Positions 22,664 to 31,740 of a stretch of DNA of 64,000 nucleotides are shown in pieces. The notes under the pieces were generated by a model. It saw only the letters and a program-made list of their open reading frames with translations. It searched no databases and was not told where the DNA came from. Numbering within the stretch: position 1 is the stretch's first letter; each line of letters starts with the position of its first letter. Made by a program: the position numbers and the translations under genes. This DNA comes from Alphaproteobacteria bacterium. GTDB lineage: Bacteria > Pseudomonadota > Alphaproteobacteria > Bin95. The stretch lies in assembly GCA_965205265.1 (NCBI GenBank), contig CBDBGH010000003.1, forward strand, positions 1,760,001 through 1,824,000, written 5' to 3'.

Positions 22664-22789
22664 CTTCACGCCCTCCCCGACCCAGGTGCCGGCAAGGTCC
22701 GTCGCCCCGGTGAAATCGTCGGCAATCGCGCCCAGCACGATACTCATGCAACGGCCTCCGTCCGGTATCGCCCAGGAAGCGCGCCGCCG

Positions 22790-23326
22790 TCAGTGCGAAT
22801 AGCCCCTGAGCCGATGGTAGCTCTCGACCTGCTCCGGCGTGAGCTCGCGAGCGGCCTCGATATGCGCAAGCAGGTGGATCGCCCTGAGCTCGCCCTGCAT
22901 GACCCCGAGATGCCCGGTCGCCTGCGTCACGTTTGCGGCCGTCGGCCCGCCCGAAGCGAACAGGCCCGCGAGGTGACGTTCCGCCGCCAGGATGGTCTCG
23001 CCCTTCGCGACCGCCTGCGCCTTCATCTTCTCGTAAATCGCCTCGATGCGGCGGAGCTGCCTGCCGGCAAGGCCGAGTTCCGCCTTGAGTTCGAGAAGGT
23101 GCCTCGGCCCCGGGAAGCGGTTGAGTTCCGCCGCCCGCGCAAGGCCCATGCCGTCGCCTTCCCGCAGCTCACGAACCTCCTCGGCCGTCAGGCTCGGGAT
23201 TTCCGCGCTTTGCCCGTGCACATAGGGTGAGGCACCGTGCGAATGCTGCGCCGACGCCGACGCTGAAACCAGGGCGATGACGCAGACCGGGGCAAGAGAT
23301 CTGAGCAGGCGGGTCGCAGTCTTCAT
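22790..23326 (-). CDS. Exported Spy/CpxP-like (heavy-metal sensor-like) protein
   Basis: Signal peptide ending ASA-Q; LREGDGMGLARAAELNRFPGPRHLLEL, HLLAHIEAARELTPEQVESYHRLRGY (LTxxQ motif). Confidence 0.85.
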   Translation of the reverse strand: MKTATRLLRSLAPVCVIALVSASASAQHSHGASPYVHGQSAEIPSLTAEEVRELREGDGMGLARAAELNRFPGPRHLLELKAELGLAGRQLRRIEAIYEKMKAQAVAKGETILAAERHLAGLFASGGPTAANVTQATGHLGVMQGELRAIHLLAHIEAARELTPEQVESYHRLRGYSH

Positions 23327-23499
23327 CGGTTCCTCCGAATCCCGTGGCGGTTCGATTGACCGCGACTATGCCCGCCCCGGTGTCCCGGCGGCAACAGAGC
23401 GTCAGCCCCGCATCGCCGCGCCATTGGGGTCGAAGAGCGGATGGCTCTGGAGGCGGGCGGGGCGGCGGTCGCCGAGAATTTCGATTTCCCAGCCCTCCT
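23297..23499. repeat. 203-bp target-site duplication, left copy (IS copy 2)
   Basis: Identical to 25416-25618; contains the spy-like start, the intergenic region and the last ~32 codons of the GcvT-family gene. Confidence 0.95.
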
Positions 23500-25415
23500 C
23501 CTGACTTCGACGGTTGATTCGCATAAGTAGTTGATATTGCCTGGTTCTCATTTCGGCTAGGCACTACATCCGGCATTTCTTCGAGCCGTGCTTCGTCGAC
23601 GGTCAGGCGAGTTGATACGGGGTGATCGTCAGGGGCAGCCCCATGGTTGCGTAAATCTGCTCCGCCGCCGGTGTCGGCTTCGAGGGGATGACGTAGCGGT
23701 TGCCCGATTGCCGACAGCGCAGCAGGGAGCACTGGCGGTGGACGAGGGCGGAGCGGATGACCTCCGGGGACATCCGCCGCTTCTGGATGGCGACGCGGTA
23801 CGCAAGGTGTCGAACGCAGGCGAAGGCCAGGAAGGCGATGGCGATGTGAGCGCGGATCCGGTCCGGGTTCCAGTGCCAGATGGGACGTATCTTCAGGTCG
23901 TGTTTGGTGATCCGGAAGCTCTCCTCGACCTGCCAGAGCCCCTGGTAGTGAGCCATCACTTCGGTGACGCGCGCGTCGCGCAGATTGGTGATGACGCCGG
24001 TGAGCCCGTCCCATCGTGCGGCCTCGGCGATCTTCTCCGGGTTCACCGTGAGCCGTGCGTCGCCCTCGACGGCGATGAAGCGCTTCGCCCCGTGATTGGA
24101 GAGCAGTTCCCTGGGATTGTCGCTGCGGGCCAGCCTGTCGAGCAGGCGTTCCACCTGATGGCGGCGCTCGTGCGCGTCCTTGCGTGCGCGCTGGGGGCAG
24201 AAGACGACGATCAGGCGACGGCCCTTGTACTCCCACTCGCCGACCCGGCGGTCCTGTGAGCCCTCCAGCGGGGCATAGGTCCCGGGGTCGAGAACCTGCC
24301 CCAGCAGCGCGAGCGGCAGCTTGCGCAGCCGCGCGCCGACGACATACTCGCCGCCGATGGCGTCCATGGCGTCGAGGTTGTCGGCGCTCAGCATGCCCCG
24401 GTCGGCCACGCATACCGTGCGCTCCACCTGGTGGCGGCGCTGCATGTCCTGCAGGACCGGGACCATGCTGTGTCCCTCGTAGGTGGCGCCGGGGAAGACC
24501 TCGTAGCTGATCGGCAGCCCTTCGCGCGTCACCATCAGCGCCAGCAGAACCTGCGAGTCCTTGTGTTTGCCGTCCTTGCTGAAGCCGTGCTGGCGAAGCT
24601 CGTCCTCGGCGGCCGTCTCGAAGTAGAGCGTGGTGCAATCGAAGAAGAGGATCGCGACCGGCTCCGGCAGCAGCGACCGGCTCGCCTCGCCGACGCGCGT
24701 GCGCAGTCGCTCGATCACCGTCGCGTCGAGCTGATCCATCATCCGGTAGACCTTCTCGAGCGGAAGACTCACGCCGAAGTCCTCCTCGAGCCGGCGCACG
24801 CTGCCCCGCTTGCTGTCGGGGTTGGCTACCCGCGCCATCACCACATGGAACAGCGCGTCATGGGAGGCCCGGTAGCGCGAGCGCGGCAGCAGCGCGTCGA
24901 GGCCCAGCAGCCGGTAGATCTCGCCATAGACCTCGTGGATGCCTGTGATCAGGCGCTGCTCCTCTTCAAGCTGCTTGAGGTCGACCGGGAGTTCCTCCTT
25001 GCCGTCCCCCCGGCGGCCGACACGGATCGCCTGCTCAGCGATCTTCTCGGGCGCAAACAATGCCGGCTGACGCTCGTCCTCCAGCTTCGCCTTGACGTAC
25101 TCGCCGAGCTGCCTCAGGCGCTCGAGCTCGTCCTCGTCCATGGCCACGCCGACATGGCGGACGATGCGCTGTCGGACCTTGCCGCCGTCGCGCACGGCCT
25201 CGACGATCTGGACCGAGCGTCGCGGGCTGTTGGGGGAGGTCTTGATGCGCACGAACATGGGGGGAGTGTAGCGCGTGGCGGAGGCATTGACAGTCTCAAA
25301 GATTTACTAGGCACTACAACGCAGCTTGACCGCACCGCAACTGCCAACTCATTGGCTTTACTGAAAACTCCAGACGCGAGATCGGTCAGAAGTCAGCCCA
25401 ACCGTCGAAGTCAGG
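23500..25415 (-). mobile_element. IS1634-family insertion sequence, copy 2 (1,916 bp, inverted)
   Basis: Same length, TIRs and transposase translation as copy 1, opposite strand. Confidence 0.95.
23603..25258 (-). CDS. IS1634-family DDE transposase
   Basis: Translation identical to 20834-22489. Confidence 0.95.
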   Translation of the reverse strand: MFVRIKTSPNSPRRSVQIVEAVRDGGKVRQRIVRHVGVAMDEDELERLRQLGEYVKAKLEDERQPALFAPEKIAEQAIRVGRRGDGKEELPVDLKQLEEEQRLITGIHEVYGEIYRLLGLDALLPRSRYRASHDALFHVVMARVANPDSKRGSVRRLEEDFGVSLPLEKVYRMMDQLDATVIERLRTRVGEASRSLLPEPVAILFFDCTTLYFETAAEDELRQHGFSKDGKHKDSQVLLALMVTREGLPISYEVFPGATYEGHSMVPVLQDMQRRHQVERTVCVADRGMLSADNLDAMDAIGGEYVVGARLRKLPLALLGQVLDPGTYAPLEGSQDRRVGEWEYKGRRLIVVFCPQRARKDAHERRHQVERLLDRLARSDNPRELLSNHGAKRFIAVEGDARLTVNPEKIAEAARWDGLTGVITNLRDARVTEVMAHYQGLWQVEESFRITKHDLKIRPIWHWNPDRIRAHIAIAFLAFACVRHLAYRVAIQKRRMSPEVIRSALVHRQCSLLRCRQSGNRYVIPSKPTPAAEQIYATMGLPLTITPYQLA

Positions 25416-25618
25416 AGATCTGAGCAGGCGGGTCGCAGTCTTCATCGGTTCCTCCGAATCCCGTGGCGGTTCGATTGACCGCGACTATGCCCGCCCCGGT
25501 GTCCCGGCGGCAACAGAGCGTCAGCCCCGCATCGCCGCGCCATTGGGGTCGAAGAGCGGATGGCTCTGGAGGCGGGCGGGGCGGCGGTCGCCGAGAATTT
25601 CGATTTCCCAGCCCTCCT
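25416..25618. repeat. 203-bp target-site duplication, right copy (IS copy 2)
   Basis: Identical to 23297-23499 (offset 2119). Confidence 0.95.
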
Positions 25619-27953
25619 CTTCGGCCGCCAGCGCCTTAGGCACATAGCCGCAGGCGACGGAGACGCCGGACCAGTGGGCGTAACCGCCGGAGGTAATCGC
25701 GCCGACCACCTCGCCGCCGCGCCAGACCGGCTCGTCGCCCATGGCGTCGGCATCGTCGGCGTCCATCGAGAAGAAGCAGAGCCGGACATCGCCGCCGGTA
25801 TCGCGCTCCTGCAATGCCGCCTCCTTGCCGATGAAGTCCGCAGCCTTGCCGTAGGCCACGAAGCGGTCGAGCCGCGCTTCCACCGGGCCGTAGAGCGGGC
25901 GGTATTCCCGCGCCCATGAGGCGTAATGCTTCTCGACCCGGAGCCCGTTCAGCGCCCGGCTGCCGAAGGGCCGGATGCCGTGCACCGCGCCTGCCTCCAG
26001 CAGCAGGGCGAGCAGCAGGCGGTGGTAGTCGGGCGCAACCCAGATCTCATAGCCGAGGCCGCCCGTATAGCTGACCCGGCCGACAAGCGCCGGCGCGGCG
26101 CCGAGCGTCATGCGGCGCACATCCATGAAACGGAACGCCTCGGCGGAGACATCCTCATCCTCGCCGACAAGCGCCGCCAGCACGTCGCGCGCCTTCGGCC
26201 CGGCTATCGTGAGCCCGTTCAGTCCGGACCCCAGCGGCGCGACCGACACCGACCCGTCCGCCGGCAGATGCCGGGTGAACCACCGCATGTGGTACTCCTC
26301 GGCAGGGCCGGAGCCGACCAGCCGCCAGAGCCCGCCGCCGAGATTGGCGAGCGTGAAGTCGCCGATGATCTTGCCGCCCTCGTTCAGCATTGGCGCCAGG
26401 CCCATGCGCCCCTCGCGCGGCAGCCGGCTTGCCAGTATCCGGTCGAGCCAGGCTTCCGCGCCCGGACCCATCGCATCGTAGGCGGCGAAGCCGCTGGTCT
26501 CCGCAACGCCGACGCCCTCCCGCACGGCCCGGCACTCCGCGCCCACATGCTCGAAGTCCGTGGAGCGGCGGAAGGAGAGCCTGTCCTCGACGCCGGGCGG
26601 AGCGAACCAGAGCGGCTGCTCCAGACCCCAGGCGTCGCCGAACACCGCACCCATCGCCGCCATCCGGTCGTGGACCGGCGTGGTGCGGAGCGGGCGCGCG
26701 GCGGGCAGTTCCTCGTTCGGGAAGCGGATCGAGAAGCGCCGGGAATAGTTCTCGCGGACCTTGGCGTCGGTATAGGCGGGCGTCGCCCAGGCGCCGTAGC
26801 GGGCGACGTCCATGGCGTGAATGTCGAAACCGGGGTCGCCGTCCACGATCCAGTTGGCGAGCGCGAGGCCGACGCCGCCGCCCTGGCTGAAGCCCGCCAT
26901 GACCGCACAGGCGCACCAGAAGCCCGGCAGGCCGCGCACCGGCCCGACAAGCGGATTGCCGTCCGGCGCAAAGCTGAACGGACCGTTGATGACCCGCTTG
27001 ATGCCGGCCTCCTGAAAGGCCGGGAAATGCTCGAACCCGACTTCCAGCGAGGGCGCGATGCGGTCGAGGTCCGGCTGGAGCAGCTCGTGGCCGAAATCCC
27101 AGGGCGTGTCCACGGGAGACCAGGGCTTGCAGGCCTTCTCATAGGTGCCCATGAGCATGCCGCGGCCTTCCTGGCGCAGATAGATTTCGCCCTCGAAATC
27201 CACGACATGCAGCATCTCGCCGCCCGTCTCGCGGTTGTATGCCTCCACCTCCGGCATGTCGTCGGTGATGAGATACATATGCTCCATGGCGAGGATCGGC
27301 AGTTCGAGGCCGACCATGCGCCCGACCTCGCGCGCCCAAAGCCCGCCGGCATTGACGACATGCGCCGCTCGGATTTCCCCCTTGTCCGTCGTCACCAGCC
27401 ACTCGCCGCCCGGAAGCGGCTCAAGCGCCTCGACCTTGGTGAAGCGGTAAATCTCGGCTCCCTGCTTGCGGGCCGCTGCGGCATAGGCATGGGTCGTGCC
27501 GGACGGGTCCACATGGCCGTCATCGGCGTTCCAGAGCGCCCCCACGAAATGCCGGGGGTCGAGCAGCGGCATGTGCCTGTGCGCCTCCTCGGCGGAGACG
27601 ATCTCGGTATCGAGCCCCAGATAGCGCCCGCGCGCATGGATCAGCTTCAGCCATTCCATGCGATCCGGCGTGCCGGCCAGCAGGTAGCCGCCCGTCACAT
27701 GCAGCCCCGCCGACTGGCCCGATGCGGTCTCGATCTCCGGGTAGAGGTCGATGGTGTATTTCTGGAGCTTCGCGATATGCGGGTCGCCGTTGATGGTGTG
27801 CATGCCGCCGGCGGCGTGCCAGCTCGATCCCGAAGTGAGCTCGTCGCGCTCGACCAGCACGACATCCTTCCAGCCGCGCTTCGTGAGGTGGTAGAGCACC
27901 GAAGCGCCGATCACCCCGCCGCCGATAACGACGACTTCGGTATGGGTTTTCAC
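25521..27953 (-). CDS. FAD-dependent GcvT-family oxidoreductase (dimethylglycine/sarcosine dehydrogenase-like)
   Basis: VVIGGGVIG, LTSGSSWHAAG, INGPFSFAPDGNPLVGP, RVSYTGGLGYE, LRVEK, ITSGGYAH; 810 aa. Confidence 0.93.
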   Translation of the reverse strand: MKTHTEVVVIGGGVIGASVLYHLTKRGWKDVVLVERDELTSGSSWHAAGGMHTINGDPHIAKLQKYTIDLYPEIETASGQSAGLHVTGGYLLAGTPDRMEWLKLIHARGRYLGLDTEIVSAEEAHRHMPLLDPRHFVGALWNADDGHVDPSGTTHAYAAAARKQGAEIYRFTKVEALEPLPGGEWLVTTDKGEIRAAHVVNAGGLWAREVGRMVGLELPILAMEHMYLITDDMPEVEAYNRETGGEMLHVVDFEGEIYLRQEGRGMLMGTYEKACKPWSPVDTPWDFGHELLQPDLDRIAPSLEVGFEHFPAFQEAGIKRVINGPFSFAPDGNPLVGPVRGLPGFWCACAVMAGFSQGGGVGLALANWIVDGDPGFDIHAMDVARYGAWATPAYTDAKVRENYSRRFSIRFPNEELPAARPLRTTPVHDRMAAMGAVFGDAWGLEQPLWFAPPGVEDRLSFRRSTDFEHVGAECRAVREGVGVAETSGFAAYDAMGPGAEAWLDRILASRLPREGRMGLAPMLNEGGKIIGDFTLANLGGGLWRLVGSGPAEEYHMRWFTRHLPADGSVSVAPLGSGLNGLTIAGPKARDVLAALVGEDEDVSAEAFRFMDVRRMTLGAAPALVGRVSYTGGLGYEIWVAPDYHRLLLALLLEAGAVHGIRPFGSRALNGLRVEKHYASWAREYRPLYGPVEARLDRFVAYGKAADFIGKEAALQERDTGGDVRLCFFSMDADDADAMGDEPVWRGGEVVGAITSGGYAHWSGVSVACGYVPKALAAEEEGWEIEILGDRRPARLQSHPLFDPNGAAMRG

Positions 27954-28846
27954 GCCACGTTCCTCCCCGCCCCGTTTGCGCGCTCTTCGGCGTAGCCGGC
28001 AAGGCGGTCGATCAGTTGCGCGAGATCGGCCTGGACCGACGCGAAATCCGGGCGCGGACGGCGGGTCGCCTCGTCGATATAGAGGGCCTTGTTGATCTCG
28101 ATCTGGAGGCTGTGGCGGCCGGCATCCGGGGCCGAGAAGGCGCGGACGAGCTCCACGCCCTTGAAGATGTGGTTGGTCCGCACCTTGTAGCCGAGCCCGC
28201 GCAGCACCTCGGCGGCGAAGGCGGTGAAACCCGCCTCGCAGGTCGTGCCGTCGCGGTCGCCGAGCACCATATCCGGCCGCAGGGTCGTGTCCTCGCGGCT
28301 CCGCGAGCCCATGGAATGGCAGTTCAGGTGATAGACCGCGCTGAAGCGCTCCATCAGCCTGTCCAGCGCCTTGCCGAGCGCGCGGTGGTAGGGCTCGTGG
28401 TAGCGGCGGATGCGCGCCTGCACCTCCTCGACGCCGAGCCGGCGGTCGTAAAGCGCCCTGTCGTCCTCGCCGATGGTGCGCCGGATGAGCCCGATGCCGC
28501 GCCGGGTCTTCTCGGTCGGCGCGAGCGGATCGGGCCAGTACCCGTCGATAAGCCGGGCGTCGAGGTCGTCCACGGCGCGGTTCGGGTCGATATAGGTGCG
28601 CGGGAAATGCGCCTTGAGCAGCGCCGCGCCCAGCCTCGGCCCGTCGCCGAACAGCTCGTCCACCGCCGTGTCCACGGCGTCGAGCAGGGTGGCCCGGTCC
28701 ACCGCCGCATCGAAATCGGCGGGGTAATCGGTGCCGCTGTGGGGCGAGTCCAGCACCAGCGGCCTCACCGGGCCGGAGGGCCCTTGCATGGTCAGCACAC
28801 CGGGCAGCGTGTAGGTCGGGATCAAGGGCCGGCGTTCCTTCGGCAT
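27950..28846 (-). CDS. N-formylglutamate amidohydrolase family protein
   Basis: LVLDSPHSGTDYP, RTYIDPNR, GIGLI, HEPYH, NCHSM, DMVLGDR.GTTC, HSLQIEINKALY; start uncertain. Confidence 0.9.
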   Translation of the reverse strand: MPKERRPLIPTYTLPGVLTMQGPSGPVRPLVLDSPHSGTDYPADFDAAVDRATLLDAVDTAVDELFGDGPRLGAALLKAHFPRTYIDPNRAVDDLDARLIDGYWPDPLAPTEKTRRGIGLIRRTIGEDDRALYDRRLGVEEVQARIRRYHEPYHRALGKALDRLMERFSAVYHLNCHSMGSRSREDTTLRPDMVLGDRDGTTCEAGFTAFAAEVLRGLGYKVRTNHIFKGVELVRAFSAPDAGRHSLQIEINKALYIDEATRRPRPDFASVQADLAQLIDRLAGYAEERANGAGRNVA

Positions 28847-28862
28847 GGCGGGGACAGGTCGG

Positions 28863-29870
28863 TCATGGCTCGGGTATGCCTTTCGTCGTCGAATATTCCC
28901 AGTGCAGCACCTCGTCCGGAAAGATCCGGGGATGGATGTCATGCGCCGCCGCCGCGGCCTCGGCGAAGCCGGTCAGGATGAGCTTGAGCTTGCCCTTGTA
29001 GGTCGCGATATCGCCTATGGCGTAGATGCCGCCGCGGTCCGTCATCGAGGTCGAGGGATCGATGGCGATATGGTTGCGGTCGAGCCCGAGGCCCCACTCC
29101 GCGATGGGGCCGAGATTCATCGCGAGCCCGTAGAAGGGCAGCAGCACATCGGCCTCCAGCCGGCGCGTCTTGCCCTTCAGCGTCTTCACCCTCACCGCCT
29201 CCAGCCGGCCGTCCTCACCCTCCAGCCCGTCGAGATGGTACGGGATGACGCATTCCACCTTCCCGTCCGCTTCCAGCGCCTTCATGCGCGCGACGCTTTC
29301 CGGCGCGGCGCGGAATTTCGGCCGCCGGTGGACGACCGCGACCGAGGCCGCGACTTCCGAGAGCGAGAGCGCCCAGTCCACCGCGCTGTCGCCGCCGCCG
29401 CCGATCACCACCCGCTTGCCCCGGAAGTCCTCGCGCCGGCGCACGGCGTAGAAGACGCTCCTGCCCTCATAGGCCGCCAGCCCATCGAGCGGCGGGCGGT
29501 TGGGGCCGAAGGCGCCGACACCGGCCGCCACGATGACGGCCTTGCAGCGGATCGATGCGCCTTTCGCGGTCTCGACCCGCCAGCCGTCGTCCAGAGGCGT
29601 CAGCGCCTCGACCCTCTGGTCGAGGTGATAGACGGGCGCAAACGGCGCTGCCTGTTCCTCCAGCCTCGCCACCAGGTCGCCGGCGTCCACTCTCGGAAAA
29701 CCGGGAATGTCGTAGATCGGCTTTTCCGGATAGAGCGCCGTGCATTGCCCGCCGATCGCTTCCAGCGAGTCCACCACATGCGCGCGGATCCGGAGCATGC
29801 CGAGTTCGAATACGGCGAACAGGCCGACCGGCCCCGCCCCGACGATCACGACATCGGTCTCGTATTCCAT
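28863..29870 (-). CDS. Thioredoxin-reductase-type ferredoxin--NADP+ reductase
   Basis: IVGAGPVGLFAVFELG, GGQCTALYPEKPIYDIPG, GGGDSAVDWA, GDIATYKGKLKLILTGFAE; no CxxC motif. Confidence 0.92.
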   Translation of the reverse strand: MEYETDVVIVGAGPVGLFAVFELGMLRIRAHVVDSLEAIGGQCTALYPEKPIYDIPGFPRVDAGDLVARLEEQAAPFAPVYHLDQRVEALTPLDDGWRVETAKGASIRCKAVIVAAGVGAFGPNRPPLDGLAAYEGRSVFYAVRRREDFRGKRVVIGGGGDSAVDWALSLSEVAASVAVVHRRPKFRAAPESVARMKALEADGKVECVIPYHLDGLEGEDGRLEAVRVKTLKGKTRRLEADVLLPFYGLAMNLGPIAEWGLGLDRNHIAIDPSTSMTDRGGIYAIGDIATYKGKLKLILTGFAEAAAAAHDIHPRIFPDEVLHWEYSTTKGIPEP

Positions 29871-30054
29871 GAATGCTCCGGGATTGGAGGGCGCCGCAGC
29901 GACCGCTATCATGGAAGCCGCATCCTGCCCGATCAAGTCCCGACGCCATGCTGCGTAGGCAGTTGGCGCAGACGGCGGACATGTTGCGGCGGCAACCCTT
30001 GCAGGCATGTGCGGTTCGGGGCACACTCCGCCCCGAAGAAAGGTCTTCGCGCCG

Positions 30055-30285
30055 ATGGAACTGTCCGCCTGGCTTACACCCGCCATCCTCATCGCCTTTG
30101 CAGCGTTGATGTTGCGCAGCAACGCGCGGCTCGAAGAACGTCTCGGTGCGCGCATCGACGAGACCAACAGGCGTCTCGACGGGATCGACAACCGGCTGCG
30201 GGCGGTCGAGCACGGGCAAGCGCGGCTCGAGGGCCTTATGGACGGACTCCGCGAAGCAATTTCCGGCCGCCGTCCTGCCGCCTGA
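30055..30285 (+). CDS. Small TM + coiled-coil hypothetical protein (1)
   Basis: MELSAWLTPAILIAFAALML followed by heptad-rich RLEERLGARIDETNRRLDGIDNRLRAVEHGQARLEG. Confidence 0.7.
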   Translation: MELSAWLTPAILIAFAALMLRSNARLEERLGARIDETNRRLDGIDNRLRAVEHGQARLEGLMDGLREAISGRRPAA

Positions 30286-30328
30286 CGACTCCGCACCGGA
30301 CGGCCGGCGCAAAGCGGGCCCCGCCGCC

Positions 30329-30769
30329 ATGCTGCCCGAAGCCGTCGATCTGCCCGATCTTGCCGCGACCGGACGGCTTGCCAGGCAGGTCGCGGCATTG
30401 CTCCGCCGGGGCGACGCGGTGGGGCTGATCGGGAGTATCGGCGCCGGCAAGACGGCCTTTGCGCGCGCACTGATCCAGGGCCGCCAGAGGGATGCCGGGC
30501 TCAGGCCCGAGACGGTGCCGAGCCCGACCTTCACCCTGGTGCAGGTCTATGAGCGCCCGGCCCCGCCGGTCTGGCATTTCGACTGCTACCGGCTCGCCGC
30601 GCCGGAGGAGGCGGTGGAGCTCGGGCTGGAACAGGCGCTCGGCGAGGGCGTGGCGCTGGTCGAGTGGCCGGAGCGCCTCGGCGGCTTCCTGCCCGGCCGG
30701 CGGCTCGACATCGCCTTCGAGATCGCCTGCGGGGACGCGCGCCGCGTGCGGATCGAGGACCGCCGTTGA
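30329..30769 (+). CDS. tsaE: tRNA threonylcarbamoyladenosine biosynthesis ATPase
   Basis: GSIGAGKTAFAR, VPSPTFTLVQVY, HFDCYRL, LVEWPE. Confidence 0.95.
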   Translation: MLPEAVDLPDLAATGRLARQVAALLRRGDAVGLIGSIGAGKTAFARALIQGRQRDAGLRPETVPSPTFTLVQVYERPAPPVWHFDCYRLAAPEEAVELGLEQALGEGVALVEWPERLGGFLPGRRLDIAFEIACGDARRVRIEDRR

Positions 30770-31740
30770 GCCGCGAGGCCGCCATCGCCGCCTTTCTTGC
30801 CGGCGCCGGCTGGGGCGGGGCCCGGCGCGAGCCCCTGCCGGGCGATGCCTCATTCCGCCGCTATGTCCGGCTGAGGCGCGGCCGGGAGACGGTCATGCTG
30901 ATGGACGCGCCGCCGCCCGAGGAGGAGGTGCGGCCCTTCGCGACGGTGGCCGCGCGGCTCCGGCACCTCGGCCTTTCCGCGCCGGAGGTCTATCGGGCCG
31001 ACCCGGCGCACGGGCTGCTGCTGCTGGAGGATTTCGGCGACGACACCTTCACCCGGCTGCTGGACCGGGGCGAGAGCGAGCAGGAGCTCTACCTGCTGGC
31101 GACCGACGCGCTGGCCGCCCTGCAGGGCCAACCGGGCGCGGCGGACGGGTTTCCGTCCTTCGGCGCGGACCGGTTCGTTGCCGGGGCGGAACTCTTCCTC
31201 GACTGGTACCTGCCGGCCGCTGGAAGGCAGGCCACGGACCGGGACGGGTTCGCCGAGGCGATGCGACAGGTGCTCGCGCCCGCACTGGCCGGCCCCGAAA
31301 CGCTGATGCTGCGCGATTTCCATGTGGACAACCTCGTGCGGCTGGACGGGCGGGAAGGCGCGGCCGCCTGCGGCCTGCTCGATTTCCAGGACGCCGCCGG
31401 CGGCCCCCCGGCCTACGACCTCGCCTCGCTGATCGAGGATGCGAGGCGCGATGTCGATGAGAGCGTGCGCCGGGCGGTGCTGGCCCGCTACCGCGCCGCC
31501 TTTCCGGACGCCCGGAACCTGGAGCGGGATGTCGCCGTCCTCGGCGCGCAGCGCCATATCCGCGTGCTCGGCACCTTCATGCGGCTCGCCCGGCGCGACG
31601 GCAAGCCCGGCTATCTGCGCTACCTGCCCCGTCTCCGGCGGATGCTGGAGCGCAATCTCGCCCATCCGGGCCTGGAGCCTCTGGCGATGTGGCTACGCCG
31701 CCATGTCGCCGCCGACCTCCGCATCCCGGCGGTCGAATGA
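30766..31740 (+). CDS. amgK: N-acetylmuramate/GlcNAc anomeric kinase (APH-fold phosphotransferase)
   Basis: TTG start; LPGDASFRRYVR, LLLEDFGD, LRDFHVDNL, LLDFQDA..GPPAYDLASL; located between tsaE and murU. Confidence 0.88.
   Translation: MSREAAIAAFLAGAGWGGARREPLPGDASFRRYVRLRRGRETVMLMDAPPPEEEVRPFATVAARLRHLGLSAPEVYRADPAHGLLLLEDFGDDTFTRLLDRGESEQELYLLATDALAALQGQPGAADGFPSFGADRFVAGAELFLDWYLPAAGRQATDRDGFAEAMRQVLAPALAGPETLMLRDFHVDNLVRLDGREGAAACGLLDFQDAAGGPPAYDLASLIEDARRDVDESVRRAVLARYRAAFPDARNLERDVAVLGAQRHIRVLGTFMRLARRDGKPGYLRYLPRLRRMLERNLAHPGLEPLAMWLRRHVAADLRIPAVE

Larger units (their letters stand above)
19495..22747 (-). pseudogene. otnK: 3-oxo-tetronate kinase (OtnK/YgbK) interrupted by an IS1634-family element
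   Basis: 5' part 22747-22593 MSIVLGAIADDFTGATDLAG..; 3' part 20676-19495 with ALKSRT, FKYCSTFDST..GNIGP, AGGETSG, ALKSGNFG; 71 bp duplicated at the junctions. Confidence 0.92.

Noticed and set aside
20677-25415. A single composite transposon inserted in one event
   Set aside because: Each IS has its own distinct DR and the enclosed DNA is native (otnK 5' end), indicating two independent insertions.
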